NCBI GenBank assembly: GCA_951406725.2
Contig: OX597815.1
Location: 144,956,001-145,020,000, forward strand
Direction of reading: 5' to 3'
Length of the DNA stretch: 64,000 bases
Origin: Octopus vulgaris
Lineage: Eukaryota
Positions within the stretch are counted from its first letter, which is position 1, and each line of letters begins with the position of its first letter. The position numbers were made by a program, and so were the translations under genes. The notes under the pieces are model-generated. The model ran no database searches, was not told the origin of the DNA, and saw only the letters and a list, made by a program, of their open reading frames with translations. This document shows positions 25,408-39,418 of the stretch, in pieces.

Positions 25408-25842
25408 TAGGGCTGTGGAGTCAGTCAGAAGCAGTTAAGGGGTAGCTGGAGTTGGAGTCAGTAAAACTCTACTGACTCCGACTCACAATATCTTTATTTT
25501 TTAATATAAACCAGTTATAACATATAGGCCTTCTCAAAGTACAGGGGTATGTATATGCTTTATGAGATGTGTAGACCACAATCACTTAATTACATAAAGA
25601 GGAGTCGGAGTCTGAAGTGCAAGTAGTAGAGGAGTCATAGAGGTGCGAGTACCAGAGGAGTCGGAGTTTGAGGTGCAAGTAGCAGAGGAGTCGGAGTCCA
25701 AGGTGCAAGCGGCAGAGGAGTCCAAGGTGCAAGCAGCAGAGGAGTTGGGGTCCAAGGTGCAAGCAGCAGAGGAGTTGGGGTCTGAGGTGCAAGTATCAGA
25801 GGAGTTGTAGTTGGAGTTTTTTGTTTTGACTTCACAGCCCTA
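25408..25842. mobile_element. hAT-type MITE with internal ~27-30-bp minisatellite (25600-25810)
   Basis: TIRs tagggctgtggagtc / gacttcacagcccta; 8-bp flanks ctttatgc / gtttatac (6/8 match). Confidence 0.75.
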
Positions 25843-27185
25843 GTTTATACATGTAAACAATGTCAAGACACAGATGCGAAAGAACAAATACATGGTCACA
25901 CACATGTGTGTGTGTGACACCTTGAGGCAAGTATCTTCTACTGCAGTCCTGGGCCAGCAAAAACCTTGAGAATGGATTTCGTAGATGGAAATTGAAAGAA
26001 ACACATCACCCTGGAACACTATTAGTCACGACGGGTGTTCAAGTTGATCCGATCAATGGAACAGCCAGTTCGTGGAATTGACATGCAAGTGGTTAAGCAC
26101 TCCACAGACATGCACACCCTTAATGTAGTCCTTGAATTACATGTATGACTCATTTTTGCCAGCTGAGTGCACTGGGGCAATGTGAAATGAAGTACCTTGC
26201 TCAAGGACACAAAGCATCACCAGGAATCAAACTCACAACCCTATGATCGTGAACTGAATACCCCTAACCACTGAGCCACATGCCCTCACAGTGTATTACA
26301 GACGCTCACACACACACACACGCGCACACACACACAGAATAAAAGCAGAAAAGTATAAATTTCACATGTAGATTATATTTTGTGCTCAACAGCTGTTTCA
26401 TGCGGATAAACATCATTAACCCTTTTGATACCATCCTGCCTGAAACTGCCTCTGGCTTTGTAGTACAAATGTTCTTGTTTTCGAAAGTTCTGAATTAAAA
26501 TCTTCCACTAAACCTTAGTCACAGTGTATGCTCCTAACATTAGTTGAATGATAACCAAGTTATTTTACTAAATTCTTTGTTATATTTAAAGTTAATTGAA
26601 AGACACACAGAGCATCTCAACAGAAATATGGTAACAAAAGAATTTAGTAAAATAACTTGGTTATCATTCAACTAATGAATCCAGATTTGCCTTATTTTCA
26701 GACAGTAGATGTGTTTGGGTCTGGAGGCTTCCCAATCAAGAATTTGATTTGAAACAACCCCAACCAACTGTGAAAGATGGTGGTTTGACTGGGACTGGCC
26801 AGCTGGAGAGCTGCACCTGGTTCCAGTCTGAATTTGACATGATTTCTACAGCTTGATGCCCTTCCTAATACCAACCAATCCAAGAGTGTAGTGGGTGCCT
26901 TTTATGTGTCACCGCACAGGTGCCTTTTATGTGTCACTGGCACAGGTACCTCTGATTTCACTTGGCTTGACTGCAAACTGCCAAAGGATTACTTGTCATT
27001 GCCTCCATGAGACCCAACATTTGAAGATAATGCTTCATCACCTCATCCCATGTCTTCCTAAGTCTACCGCTTCCACAGATGCCCTCCTCATGTGTGCACA
27101 CACACACAGACATACACACACATGCACACATACATTAACATTCTAGTTTATGTTGTAAATGTTATCTTCTATTTTTGTCTTAAAG

Positions 27186-27313
27186 AGAAACAACCCACTT
27201 AGAAATTGAGCCGTTCACCATATTAGGGGTCTGTGCTGGTTTGATACCCTATCCTCATCATAATCAGTCCCCAAGGAACACCTACCAATGTGCTATGGGA
27301 AAACAGGCAATGG
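27186..27313 (+). CDS. POLR3B: POLR3B exon (128 nt): (E)[42 protein letters not shown](G)
   Basis: tcttaaag| ... |gtaagt; [18 protein letters not shown] motif; follows a 12.7-kb intron. Confidence 0.97.
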
Positions 27314-30300
27314 GTAAGTTGCTATTTTTTAATTAACTTTTTACTCTAAGGAATTATGGTGGTGAGCTGGCAGAATTATTAGCATACTGGGTGAAATGCT
27401 TAGTGGTATTTCATCTGTCTTTACATTCTAAGTTCAAATGCCGCAGAGGTTGACATTGCCTTTCAACCTTTTGGGGGTCGATAAATTAAGTACCAGTTGC
27501 GTACTGAGGTCGATCTAATCGACTGGCCTCCTCCCCAAAACTTTTAGGCCTTGTGCTTATTCTAGAAAGGATTATTATTATTATCATTATTATTTTTATT
27601 ATTATTATTAAGGTGGTGAGCTGGCTGAATCATTAGCACACTGGGTGACATGCTTAGTGGTATTTCTGCTGAGGTCAACTTTGTCTTTCATCCTTTCGGA
27701 GTCATTGAAATAACGAACAGTTATGCACGGTGGGGGGGGGGGTGTATTCGACTAGCCCCTTCCCCAACAATTTTCAAGGCCTTGTGCCTAGAGTGGAAAT
27801 GATTATTATTAAGGTGGCCGATGACAGTACTGCTTAATGGGCACCCGTGCCAGTGGCACATAAAAAGCACCATTCAAGTGTGGTCGATGCCAGTGCCGCC
27901 TGACTGGTCCCATGCTGGTGGCATGTTAAAAGCACCATTTGAGCGTGATCATTGCCAGTAGCGCCCGACTGGCTCCCATGCCGATAGCATGTAAAAAGCA
28001 CCATTAAAGTTTGGTTGATACCAGTACTGCCTGACTGGCACACATGCTGGTGTTACATAAAATGCACCCACTACAGTCTTGGAGTGGTTGGTTTAAAGAA
28101 GAGCATCAAGCTGTAGAAACCTTTCTAGATCAGATTGGAGCCTGGTGCAGTCGCTGGCACTCCAGACCTTAGTCAAACTGTCCAACCCATGCCAGCATGG
28201 AAAATGGACATTAAACGTTGATGATGATGATTATATATGTCATTTGATGTCCACTTTCTATGTTGGCATGGGTTGGACAGTTTGACTGAGGTCTGGAGAG
28301 CCAGCAGCTGCACCAGGCTCCAACCTGATCTGGAAAGGTTTCTATAGCTGGATGCTCTTCTTAACTCTGACTGCTCCAAGAATGTAGTGGGTGCTTTTTA
28401 CGTACTACCGGCATGGGAGCCAGTCAGATAGCACTGGCATCGACCATGCTCGAATGGTGCTTTTATATGCCACCGGCATGGGTACCAGTCAGGTGGCACT
28501 GGCATTTGCCATGCTCAATTAGTACTTTTTATATGCTACTGGTATGGGTGCCAGTCAGGCGACATTGGTATATGTATATACCTATTGTGTCCAGGGAGAG
28601 TCATTCTCAAATATGTTGTCTGTAATGTAGGTGAGAAAAAAGTAAATATATATAAGAGCCTGATTGGCTGCCATTAGTTTGTGCCGGTCGCCGTCGGAAC
28701 CTTGTGTTCTTGGACCCCACACTGCCAATTTCCTCTGTAAAATCAGGATAACTGCCACCCGTTTGAGAAATAAGCCCTGCAAGATGGGGTGACAGCAGCA
28801 ATGATTGTCATTGGCCATTCTCCGTGGTAACACCATCGTGGTAATGTCTGCAGGGCACTGTTGAACACTGCACTCCCTGCCCGTTTTCTGTTGTTTAATT
28901 TCCCCATTTTTCTTTTCCTTTGTAATTAAATTATGATTCGATATTTACATAAATAAAATTAACATTTAAAGTGTCAGGCTGTTGTGTTTAATGCTGATGT
29001 TGTCAGATTTGGAATTTTGTTGGTGCTCAGTTTATATGTCAACCAGCAAATGTTTACTTTTACTTGTGACTAGTGTATGTTATCGGTGTGAGTGTATGTG
29101 TGTTTGTTTAGCCTTGTACTGTATTATGACTATAGGTTTTCTAGTTTTACATGTGTGTGTGTTGGTGTCAAAAGCACCTCTCCACTCTGTAAAACGATTG
29201 GCATTAAAAAGGGCATCCGACTGTAGAAGACTTGCCAAATCAGATAATGGAACCTGATGCAGTTCCCAGCCTTGCCAGCTGCTGCCAAAACCATCCAACC
29301 GATGCCAGCATGAGAAGTGGACGTTAAATGATGATGGTGATGGTGATGATATATCATCGTTTAATTTCTGTTATCCATGCAGGCATGGGTTGGGTGGTGT
29401 GACAGGATCTGGCCAGCTGAAGACCTGCCAGGCTTCATGTTTGTTTTGGCATGGTTTCTATGGCTGGATGCCCTTCCTAATGCCAACCACTTTACAGAGT
29501 GTACTAGGTGTGTGCTTTTATGTATCTGTTTTTCTGTTTGTATTGCCAGACCCCCCCCCCCACACACACATGCAAAAACACATTACAACATAGGTAGCCA
29601 GTTTTCTCTTGTTTTGTGTGCCAAATGATAAAGAACTAGGATGAGATGTGGGCCACTGTCAGAGCTGACCAACCCATGTCAGCATGGTGAAACATCCGTG
29701 AAATGTTGGTGATGAGGGTGGTGATATTGGTGGTGGTGACGAGGATATTGTAATTATATAAATGTAATTATTGCCTCTGCAGATATCATGCACAGCTGGT
29801 TCTAAATTTCTTTTGTATATAATCTATGTTGGCATGAACATGGCAGAATGGGTGTGGATACACGCGTATACATGTCGTGCATATAATACTGGCATATGCA
29901 TGTATGTATATATGTGTGTGTGTGTGTACATATATTTGTATATATATATATAGGTGTGTATGTGTTACTTACACACTCTTATCAATTACACATTTTATTG
30001 TTACTGTCTGTAAGTAATCTTGCTTATATATACATTTTAACGAACTTGAGATATGTGTGTGTGTGTGTGTGTGCGAGTGTGTGCACACATGCATATATAA
30101 ACATACATACATACACACACTCACACTTGTTATAAACATTGTTGTTAAGTTCTGCAAATAATCTTGTGTATATACACATGTATGATGTATATACATTTTG
30201 ACAAAACCCGACATTTTACTCCACCCCTTACTTACATTTATATTTCCCAGCATTGTTACATCATGTAACATATTTAGTTCCTTGTTTCATTCTTTTTTTT

Positions 30301-30624
30301 TTGTATATAATGTCACTACTTTACTTTTTTATTTTATTTTATTTTATGTTTTTAGTTGTTGTTTAGCCCCTGGTCATCTCTAATTAAGCCCAGTTAACCA
30401 TGATCATCTGTTTTCGTACTGTGATGGTCACGTTCTCTAAAGTGTCGTTTGTTTTTTCTTCAAAGCAGTTGGAAGTAATTTAGGCTTTGGTTGCTACTTT
30501 TAGCCGGACAAGCACCCATATGCAGACTTACATATGTTAAATATCTGATGTGTTGAACACTTTCGTTACTGTATTTATTTTGAGATGCTCAGTTTCTCTC
30601 TCAATTATTCTTTGTTATATTTAA

Positions 30625-30844
30625 CCCTTTCGTTACAAACCCTGCTGAAACCAGCTCTGGTTCTGTAGTACAAATGTCTTGTTTTCATAAGTTTTGAATA
30701 AAATCTTCCACCAAACCTTAGTCACAATTTATGTTCCTATCACTAGCTGAATGATAACTAAGTTATTTTACTGAATACTTTGTTATATTTAAAGGAATTG
30801 AAAGAAACACAGAGCATCTCAACAGAAATACAATAACGAAAGGG
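30625..30844. mobile_element. piggyBac-type MITE with TTAA TSD; partial copies ~26416-26645, 30872-30962, 44660-44805
   Basis: ttaa|ccctttcgttac ... ataacgaaaggg|ttaa. Confidence 0.8.
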
Positions 30845-31419
30845 TTAAAATATATAATAGAGAAACAATTCTTAACTCTTTCGTTACCAACCTGGCTGAA
30901 ACTGGCTCTGAGTACAAATGTCTTGTTTTCATAAGTTTTGAATTAAAATCTTCCACCAAACTTTTCAGCTGGGTTGCTGCACTCTTAAACATCTCAGAGG
31001 AATATGTCTTGCTTGTACATCTATTTTTGATAGTTTCTCTAACTGGTTGCTCTTTCGAGTGCTAATCTCTTCATAGAATATGTAAAGGGCATTCTATTGT
31101 GATGTGTCTAACTAGATGTTACTCTATTTGAGCTGTTTGACTGGACCATCATCATCATCATCGTTTAACACCCGCTTTCCATACAAGCATGGGTTGGACG
31201 GTTTGACTGAGGGCTGGCAAACCAGAAGGCTGCACCAGGCTCCAATCTGATCTGGCAGTTTCTACAGCTGGATGCCCTTCCTAATGCCAACCACTCTGAG
31301 AGTGTAGTGGGTGCTTTTTATGTGCCACCAGCACGAGGGCCAGTTTGGCAGCACTGGCATCGACCACTCTTGAATGGTGCTTTTTACGTGCCACTGGCAT
31401 GGGTGCCAGTCAGGCAGTA

Positions 31420-31680
31420 TACACTGTAATGTGTTTAAGTAGGTATTACACTATGTGATGTGTTTAGTTGGATGTTACACTGTGTAAAGTGTTTAAGTTG
31501 ATGTTACATGATCTGATGTGTTTAACTACATAATAATTAAACACATCACAGTATAACATCTAAAAGCATTAAAGCGTAAAATCTAGCTAAACACATCACA
31601 CAGTGTAATATGTGTTTAATTATTATGTTGTTTGATGTGTTTAACTAGATGTTACATTGTGATGTGTTTAGTTGTCATTT
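31420..31680. repeat. ~28-bp tandem array (gatgttacactgtgatgtgtttagttg) with an internal inverted block at ~31538-31610
   Basis: Direct units flank units reading taaacacatcacagtataacatc (reverse complement). Confidence 0.65.
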
Positions 31681-32611
31681 AGTAGGCCCTAATCTGATTT
31701 GGCAAGGTTTCTACAGCTGGATGCCCTTCCAAACACCAACCACTCCGAGAGTGTAATGGATGCTTTTTACATACCACTGGCACAGATGCCAGTCAGGCTG
31801 CACTGGCATTGTCCTACAGCACTAAAACAAAAATGTTTGCTTCTTAGCCTTCCTTTATGATTTATAGTTTTCATATTAAGATATCTGAAGCACCTGTAAC
31901 CAGCCAAGCAGATAACCTAAACCTTGATAGTGTTAATAAGGTATCAACGGAGAATAAATTGGTAAAACCAATACAATGTGAATCAAAATCCCTTGCTATA
32001 TTTAGTTGTGTCTCTTTATGTTCTGAGTTCAATTTCTGCTAGGGTCAGCTTTTACCTTCTATCTTTCTGGGGCTGCTAAAATAATTTCCTGTCAAATAAT
32101 GGAGAGATGGGTGATAAAATAATACATTGTCCCCTGGACATTGTAGTCTCAAGTCCTAAGGCTCATAGGTCTGGTTACCCACTTTTCATGGCGTGTAGAT
32201 GTTCGAGATTGCAGCATTCTCCTAGAATGTGATGTCAGTCCATTAAAAGGTTTACTCATATCCTGCTGGGTAAACTGGATTAATGTGAAATGAAGTGGCT
32301 TGCTCAAGAACAGAACACCTGGTTTGGGAATTAAAGCCACAAACTTGCCGTTGTGAGTACAACACCTTAACTTAACAATTGGGCCATGCGCCTATGCTTA
32401 AAATAATATCCCTTGACTCAGATTTGCGACCTTCTGTCTTTCATTAGAAATTTATACAACGCATAAAAATACATCAAGTTGTTTTGTTACGAAATCTCTA
32501 TAATTAATAATTTAATTAATTAGATATATCCTTGTTTGTATTGCTCCCTTTAATTGATTTTTGTTTGTTTGTTTGTTAATCGATAATTTTAATTTGTTTT
32601 TATTTCCTCAG

Positions 32612-32697
32612 GAACAATTGGTTATAATCAAAGAAACAGGATCGATACACTCCTCTACCTGCTCTGCTATCCGCAGGCACCACTTGTTAAATCAAAG
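32612..32697 (+). CDS. POLR3B: POLR3B exon (86 nt): (G)[28 protein letters not shown]
   Basis: tttcctcag| ... |gttaat (weak GT donor); in frame with both neighbours. Confidence 0.95.
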
Positions 32698-32738
32698 GTT
32701 AATCTAATACTTTTTTGTTATTCATTATTGTTTGTTTG

Positions 32739-32990
<252 letters not shown>

Positions 32991-33239
32991 CTTCTCCTTC
33001 TTCTCCCTCTTCTCCTCCTTCTTCTTCTCCTTCTCCTGCTCCTTCTTCTCCTCCATCTCCTTCTCCATTATCAACAAGAACAACAGCTTCCACTTTTCCA
33101 TGCTAGCATGGGGGTTAGTCCACATACACTGTAAGGAGCATGGGACCAGCTTTTATCTTTCAGCTATGTATGTATGTTTGAAGATAATCAAACCAAATTT
33201 TCATTTTTTGGGGCCTGCAATCGCCTATGTTATTGATTC

Positions 33240-33910
33240 TACGTTATTTACATTTGACGGATATTTGTCCTCATCTTGTTTGTTGTTAACACAACGTTTC
33301 GGCTGATATACCCTCCAGCCTTCACCAGGTGTCTTGGGGAAATTTCAAACCTGGGTTCTCATTCCTCAGGTATTTTTCGATGTTATTATTTGAAATAGTG
33401 AAGACATGCCAGATTAAGAAGTTTATGAAACTCAAAGGTCAGAGAATGAAGGCTGAAGTCTGTCACCCACATGTGAAAGCAGTAGTTAATGTAAGTAGCT
33501 GACATCTAGAAAGCTCTGAAGAAGAAAAAAAAATGTGTGCATATGGCATAGTAGTTAAGAGCGTGGGCTACTAACCCCAAGAGTTTGCTCAATGCGGTGA
33601 CCTCATGTAAAAAACACCTTTTGCCTGTGGTCATTGTCAGAACTGCCTGAATGGCCCTTGTGCCAGTGGTATGTAAAAGCACCTACTACACTCTTGGAGC
33701 GGTTGGCGTTAGGTAGGGCATCCAGGTGTAGAAACCTTGCCAGATCAGATAGAGCCTGGTGCAGCCTCTGGCTCACCAGTCCTCAGTCAAACTGTCTAAC
33801 TCATGCCAGCATGGCAAGCAGACGTTAAACGACGATGATGATGATGATGATGAACAGGAATGAGAACCCAGGTTCAAAATTTCCCCAAGACACCTGGTGA
33901 AGGCTGGAGG
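33240..33910. mobile_element. Second inverted pair of family A: minus tail 33240-33392, plus head ~33536-33582, plus tail 33856-33910 (split by an RTE 3' end)
   Basis: Same head and tail sequences as 8591-9054 and 19574-20246. Confidence 0.8.
33288..33333 (-). ncRNA. Minimal hammerhead motif (family A), core A6>G
   Basis: Minus strand: GACAC CTGGTGA A GGCTG gagggtatat CAGCC GAAA CG TT GTGTT. Confidence 0.7.
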
Positions 33911-34108
33911 CTCTCGTCCTCTACCTGTATTTCAAAGGGCCAGCCTTGTCACACTCTGTATCATGCTGAATCTCCTTGTGAACTACATTAAGGGTATAAA
34001 TGTCTGTGGGTGCTCAGCCACTTGCACGTTAATTTAATGAGCAGGCTGTTCCGTTGACTGGATCAGCTGGGACCCTTGTCGTCATAACCAACGGAGTGCC
34101 CCTATATA

Positions 34109-34141
<33 letters not shown>

Positions 34142-34181
34142 CTGTAAATAATAAATATTGAATTTGTTTTGTCTGTTGTAG

Positions 34182-34352
<171 letters not shown>

Positions 34353-34434
34353 TAGTTTTAATAATGTGAAGGGATGCAGAATTATTCAAAACTGATAATT
34401 TTTATTAGACATTGGAGTAATTTGATTAGACCAT

Positions 34435-34590
34435 TGGCCAGTTTCACTGGATGGTGGACCAATTTGTGTACATGATAGGCTAATTTGACTAGACAATGGA
34501 CCAGCTTGTTTTAGATGGTGGACCAGTTTGACTAGAAGATGGAACAATTTGACTAGATGGTGGACCAGTTTGACTGATGGTGGGCCAATC
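34435..34590. repeat. ~21-bp minisatellite (ggtggaccagtttgactagat)
   Basis: Several degenerate units visible directly. Confidence 0.65.
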
Positions 34591-35382
34591 ATTAACAGAA
34601 GTGCAGTAATTCATTAACACCTCCTCTTCCATGTAAATCAAGGATTTTCTGAACAATAGCATTGTTCGTTATAGGTTTTCAACGGGCTCTTAGTATTCAC
34701 TGCTGAGTGATAGTCCACTCTGCTGAGGCTGGTGTTAGGAAGGGCATCCAGCTGTAAAAATCTTGCCATAGCAGTTACAGAAGTCTGGTGCAGGCTACTG
34801 CTTGGCTGGCTCTTGTCAAACCGTCCCACCCATGCCAGTATGGGAAGCGGATGTTAAACAATGGTGATGGTGGTGCTGCTGAAAGTAAGGAATAAAGAAG
34901 TGTCTTTGCAAGATGGGTTGAATAAATACGATAAGATATATTTATTCAATGTATCAGTTTATTGGTAATATTCTCTCATTGTTACACAGTACATATGTAT
35001 ATAATTGTCCTTATCAAGTTCCCTACCTAGCCTTTCACGCAGTTTCTGAAGCTATGATAAGGACTTTTGCCTAAAGTGCTATAGAATGGAATTGAACCCA
35101 GAACTCTGTGACTGTGAAATGAACTTCTTAACCACACAGCCGTTGTGATATTTAATTTTATTGCTGGATGTGAAAGTTGACCATGGTAGGGTTTGAACTG
35201 TCAACAGTCATGGTACAAAATCTAGATTCAGTAAAGCATTTGGTGTGGTAGAATATCGTTTCAGTTATTAGCCAGCACATGGTGAAGGCGCGTGGCTTGA
35301 TGGTTAGTATATTCGGTTCATGATTGTAGGGTTGTGGGTTTGATTCTTAGTAGTTTTGTATGTCCTTGAGTAAGACATTTTA

Positions 35383-36252
35383 TGAGGTGTGATCAAAAGT
35401 ATCCAGACTGTTGCCGTAGTAAGAAAGCTAAAGCATACAGAGTGAAGCCACTTGGCACAGATTAACCTTGAACTCTGCTGTGCATGTGCACTAAGTTTTA
35501 ACATTCTAGCTCACTTCCGTTGTTTACAGCAGTGTTTGGAAGGAAGGTGTGTAGTGTGTGATCGTCGCATTGGTCATGACAGCAAAAGTTGTCGTGGCGA
35601 TACCTGCTCAGAGGCCTGCGCAAAGTTGCAGAAAGTGTATGGAGAGGAGTGTATGAGCTATACATAGGTGTACGAGTGTTCAGACATTTCGAAGATGGTT
35701 GCAAAAATGTCAATATTGATGAATATTTTGGGAGACCCACAACCAGCAGAGCTGAGAAAAACATCGCAGATGTGCTTGCAGCTGTGAGGGGAAATCATTG
35801 AATCTCCATTCATGAGTTATCAGAGGATGAGCAGATTAGTTGTAGTTCAGTTCAGTCTGCTATCACTAAAGATTTGGATACGAGATGCATATCTGCCAAG
35901 TTTGTGCCAAAACTGTTTTCAACTGACCAAAAAGGGATTCGGGTTTCAGTTGCACAAGATCTCCTTGATTGTGTCAAGAATGATGGAAACTTTTTGAAAA
36001 CTTTGTGTAGGTCTCTGAGCAGGTATCACCAGATTCTCTGCTCAACTTTCTCTGTCATGGTCATTGCGACAATCACATGCTACACACCTTCCTTCCAAGC
36101 ATTGCTGTAAACAGCGGAAGTGAGCTAGAATGTTAGAACTTAGTGCGCATGCACAACAGAGTTCAAGGTCTGTTGGTGCCAAGTGGCTTCACTCTGCGTG
36201 CTTTAGCTTTGTTACCATGGCAACAGTCCAGATACTTATTGATCAGACCTCT
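35383..36252 (+). mobile_element. Internally deleted mariner element with ~200-bp TIRs and TA TSD, nested in a tRNA SINE
   Basis: ta|tgaggtgtgatcaaaag ... ttgatcagacctct|ta; degenerate N-terminal transposase (KLQKVYGEECMS, GRPTTS, AKFVPKL), no DDD domain. Confidence 0.88.
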
Positions 36253-37138
36253 TATATCACATTACTCCAGTCCACTCTCTCAGCAAAAATGAGTTGTATT
36301 TGTAATTCAAAGGGCTGGCCACATCACTCTCTGTGTCATGCGGAATCTCCCTGAGAACTATGGTAAGAGTACATCTGCCTGTAGAGTACTTAGCACATTA
36401 ATTTCACAAGCAGGCTGTTCTGCTGATTGTAACCGACAGAATGTCAATTTATTAACCTGCAGACGACATTAAGAAATGGCTTCTGACTTTAGTTCACCTG
36501 CTCCAACTGGGTTTCCTTAAACCGAGGAGGAAATCCGTTGAAAAAATTTTGCAAAAGTAACAAGATACACCATTTTAGATAACATCTTCACATTTTTGAC
36601 CACCGTTTATTCTGAACTGGTATTTATTTCCTTCAAAAGATTTTTTGTTTCTTTTATAAAAATTCAGAAAAAGAAACATAAAAACCAGCCTCGTGTTTTG
36701 ACATTTAATATGTCCCTTGGATTTAAAACATTTAAAAATATTTTTATTGTTTATTAAATGTTGATACAGTATTTGAGAGAGACCAAAATGAAGAAAAAAG
36801 TTAAATAAAGAAGAAAACTTGGTGCTTTGACATTTAATATTTCTTTTGATTAAAATTTTTTTTTTCATATTCATTGATTTATTATTATTGTATTTGTTTT
36901 TTTTTGCATATTTATTTAAAAATTTTTTTTTTGTATTTTCTTGAATTTAATTTATTGTAAAAAGGTTTATAGATTTGTTGACGAGATTAAGATGTCAAAA
37001 GTTAAGTAGTTTGTAAAATAATATTTTTTGTGTTTTACTTGTTTCAATCACTAGACTGGTGCCAATCTGGGGCACTGCTTTGAAGAATTTTCTCTCTCTC
37101 TCTCTTACTGGGTAACCACGTACAACCTCTATAGCAAG

Positions 37139-37411
37139 CAAGGCTGTGGAGTTGGAGTCTGAAACAATTAAGGGGTAGCTGGAGTCGAAGTCGGTAAAAC
37201 TATACCGACTCTGATTCCTACTCTCAATGTCTTTATTCTTTTTAAGAAACCAGATATAACATATAGGCCTACTCAAAGTACAAGCATATGCATATACTTT
37301 ATGAGATATGTAGACCACAATCACTTAATTACATCAACAGGAGTCAGAGTCGGAGGTGCCAATAGTACAAGAGTCCGAGTCGAAGTTTTTTGTTTTGACT
37401 CCACAGCCCTG
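37139..37411. mobile_element. Second copy of the hAT MITE, without the expanded minisatellite
   Basis: caaggctgtggagt ... gactccacagccctg; 8-bp TSD atagcaag / ataacaag (7/8 match). Confidence 0.8.
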
Positions 37412-38234
37412 ATAACAAGACACCTGTTTCTGCCCCTGTATTTCCCTGTTACACTCTAACCTTTCATCATTTGAAACTGGATCACCTCCTCTAATGCTCC
37501 CTCTGTTGTGGCAAGATACCTGCTTTTGTCTCTTTGTCACACACTAACTTTTTGTCCTCTGACACAAGTTCCCCTCCTCAAATGCCCTGCTCCTCTCATA
37601 ATTCCTTGTCTTGTGAGTTACTTGGTTACCCTGCCAGTGTTGGTGCCACATTGAAAGCATCCAGTTCACACTGTAATGTGGTTGGCATTTGGAAGGGCAT
37701 CTAGCTATAAAAATCATACCAAAACTAACCTCACCTGTGCTAGTGCCATGTAAAAAGCACTGAGTCCACTCCGAGGAGTGGTTGGTGTTAGGAAGGGCAT
37801 CCAGCTGTAAAATCCCTGCCAAAACAGACACAGTAGCTTTGGGTAGATTTTCTACCTGACCAGCTCCTGTCAACTATCCTACACATGCATGCATGGAAGA
37901 TGGATGTTAAATGACTACGATGACTCGACTGACTGCAGTATTTATTTTTGTTAAGCCTGGTATTTATTCTATTGGCTGCGTTTGATGATCTACTGAAGTA
38001 TGGGGACCTAAACATACCATCACCAGTTGTCAAGATGTGGCAGGGGACAAAGACAGATCCAAAAACACACTCACACACACACACAGCAGTCTTCTTTCAG
38101 TATCCATCAACCAAATCCACCTTTGGTTGGCCTGAGGCTATACTAGAAGACTCTTGTCCAGGGTGCTATACTATGAGGTCAGGAAGCAAACTTCTAACTA
38201 CACAGCCACTCCTGTGCGCGCACACACACACACA

Positions 38235-38279
<45 letters not shown>

Positions 38280-38552
38280 ACACACACAGACACACACGGT
38301 GGGCTTCTTTCAGTTTCCATCTATCAAATCCACCAAGGCTTTGGTTGGCATGAGGCTATAGTAGAAGGCACTTGCCCAAGATGTCACACAACAGAGACAC
38401 AAACACACACACACACAACAGGCTTCTTTCAGTATCCATCTACCAAATCCACTCTCAAAGGTCTAGTTTGCCTGAGGCTGTACGAGAAGACTCTTGCCCT
38501 GGATGCTACACCATTTAGTTGGGAAGCAAACTTCTTACCACACAACCACTCC

Positions 38553-38605
<53 letters not shown>

Positions 38606-39387
38606 CATCATCATCATCGTTTAACATCCGGTTTTCATGCTGGCATGGGTTGGTTTGACTGAGGACTGGTGAGCCAGAAGGCTGCACCAGGCTCCAATCT
38701 AATCTGGCAAAGTTTCTACAGCTGGATGCCCTTCCTAATGCCAATCACTCCGAGAGTGTAGTGGGTGCTATTATATGCCACCGGCATGAGGGCCAGTCAG
38801 GCAGTTCTGGCATTGACCACGCTCAAAAGGTGTTTTTTACATGCTACCTGCATGGAAGCCAGTCCGGCAGCACTGGCAATGACCACACTCGAATGTTGTT
38901 TTTCATGTCCCTTTGGCACATGTGCTGGTAAGGTGATGCTAGCAATGATCACACACAAGTGGTGCTTTTTACATGCCACCGGCACGGGAGCCAATCCGTG
39001 GCCCTGGCAACGATCATGCTCAGATATGCTTGTAACATTCCACTAGCACGAGTGCCAATCAGGCGGTACTGTCATCAGCTACGTCAGTGATTTTGATTTT
39101 GATTTCACTTGCCTCAATACGTCTTCGTATGAATGAGGGGTACTCATAAGTGGGCCAGTTACACCCCACACTTGGATGTGCCTATATATGTATATGTAAA
39201 TATACACACACGCGTGATGGGCTTCTTTCAGTTTCCATTTATCAAATCTATTATAGCCTCAGGCCGACCAAAGCCTTGTGAGTGGAAGATACTTGCCCAA
39301 GGTGCCACACAGTGGGACTGAACCTGGATCCCTGTGCTTGGGAAGCAAGCTTCTTACCACACAGCCACACCTGCATACACACACACT

Positions 39388-39416
<29 letters not shown>

Positions 39417-39418
<2 letters not shown>

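Noticed and set aside
28585-28880. Possible LTR retrotransposon LTR/PBS
   Set aside because: No paired LTR, TG...CA boundary with TSD, or coding remnant could be established.
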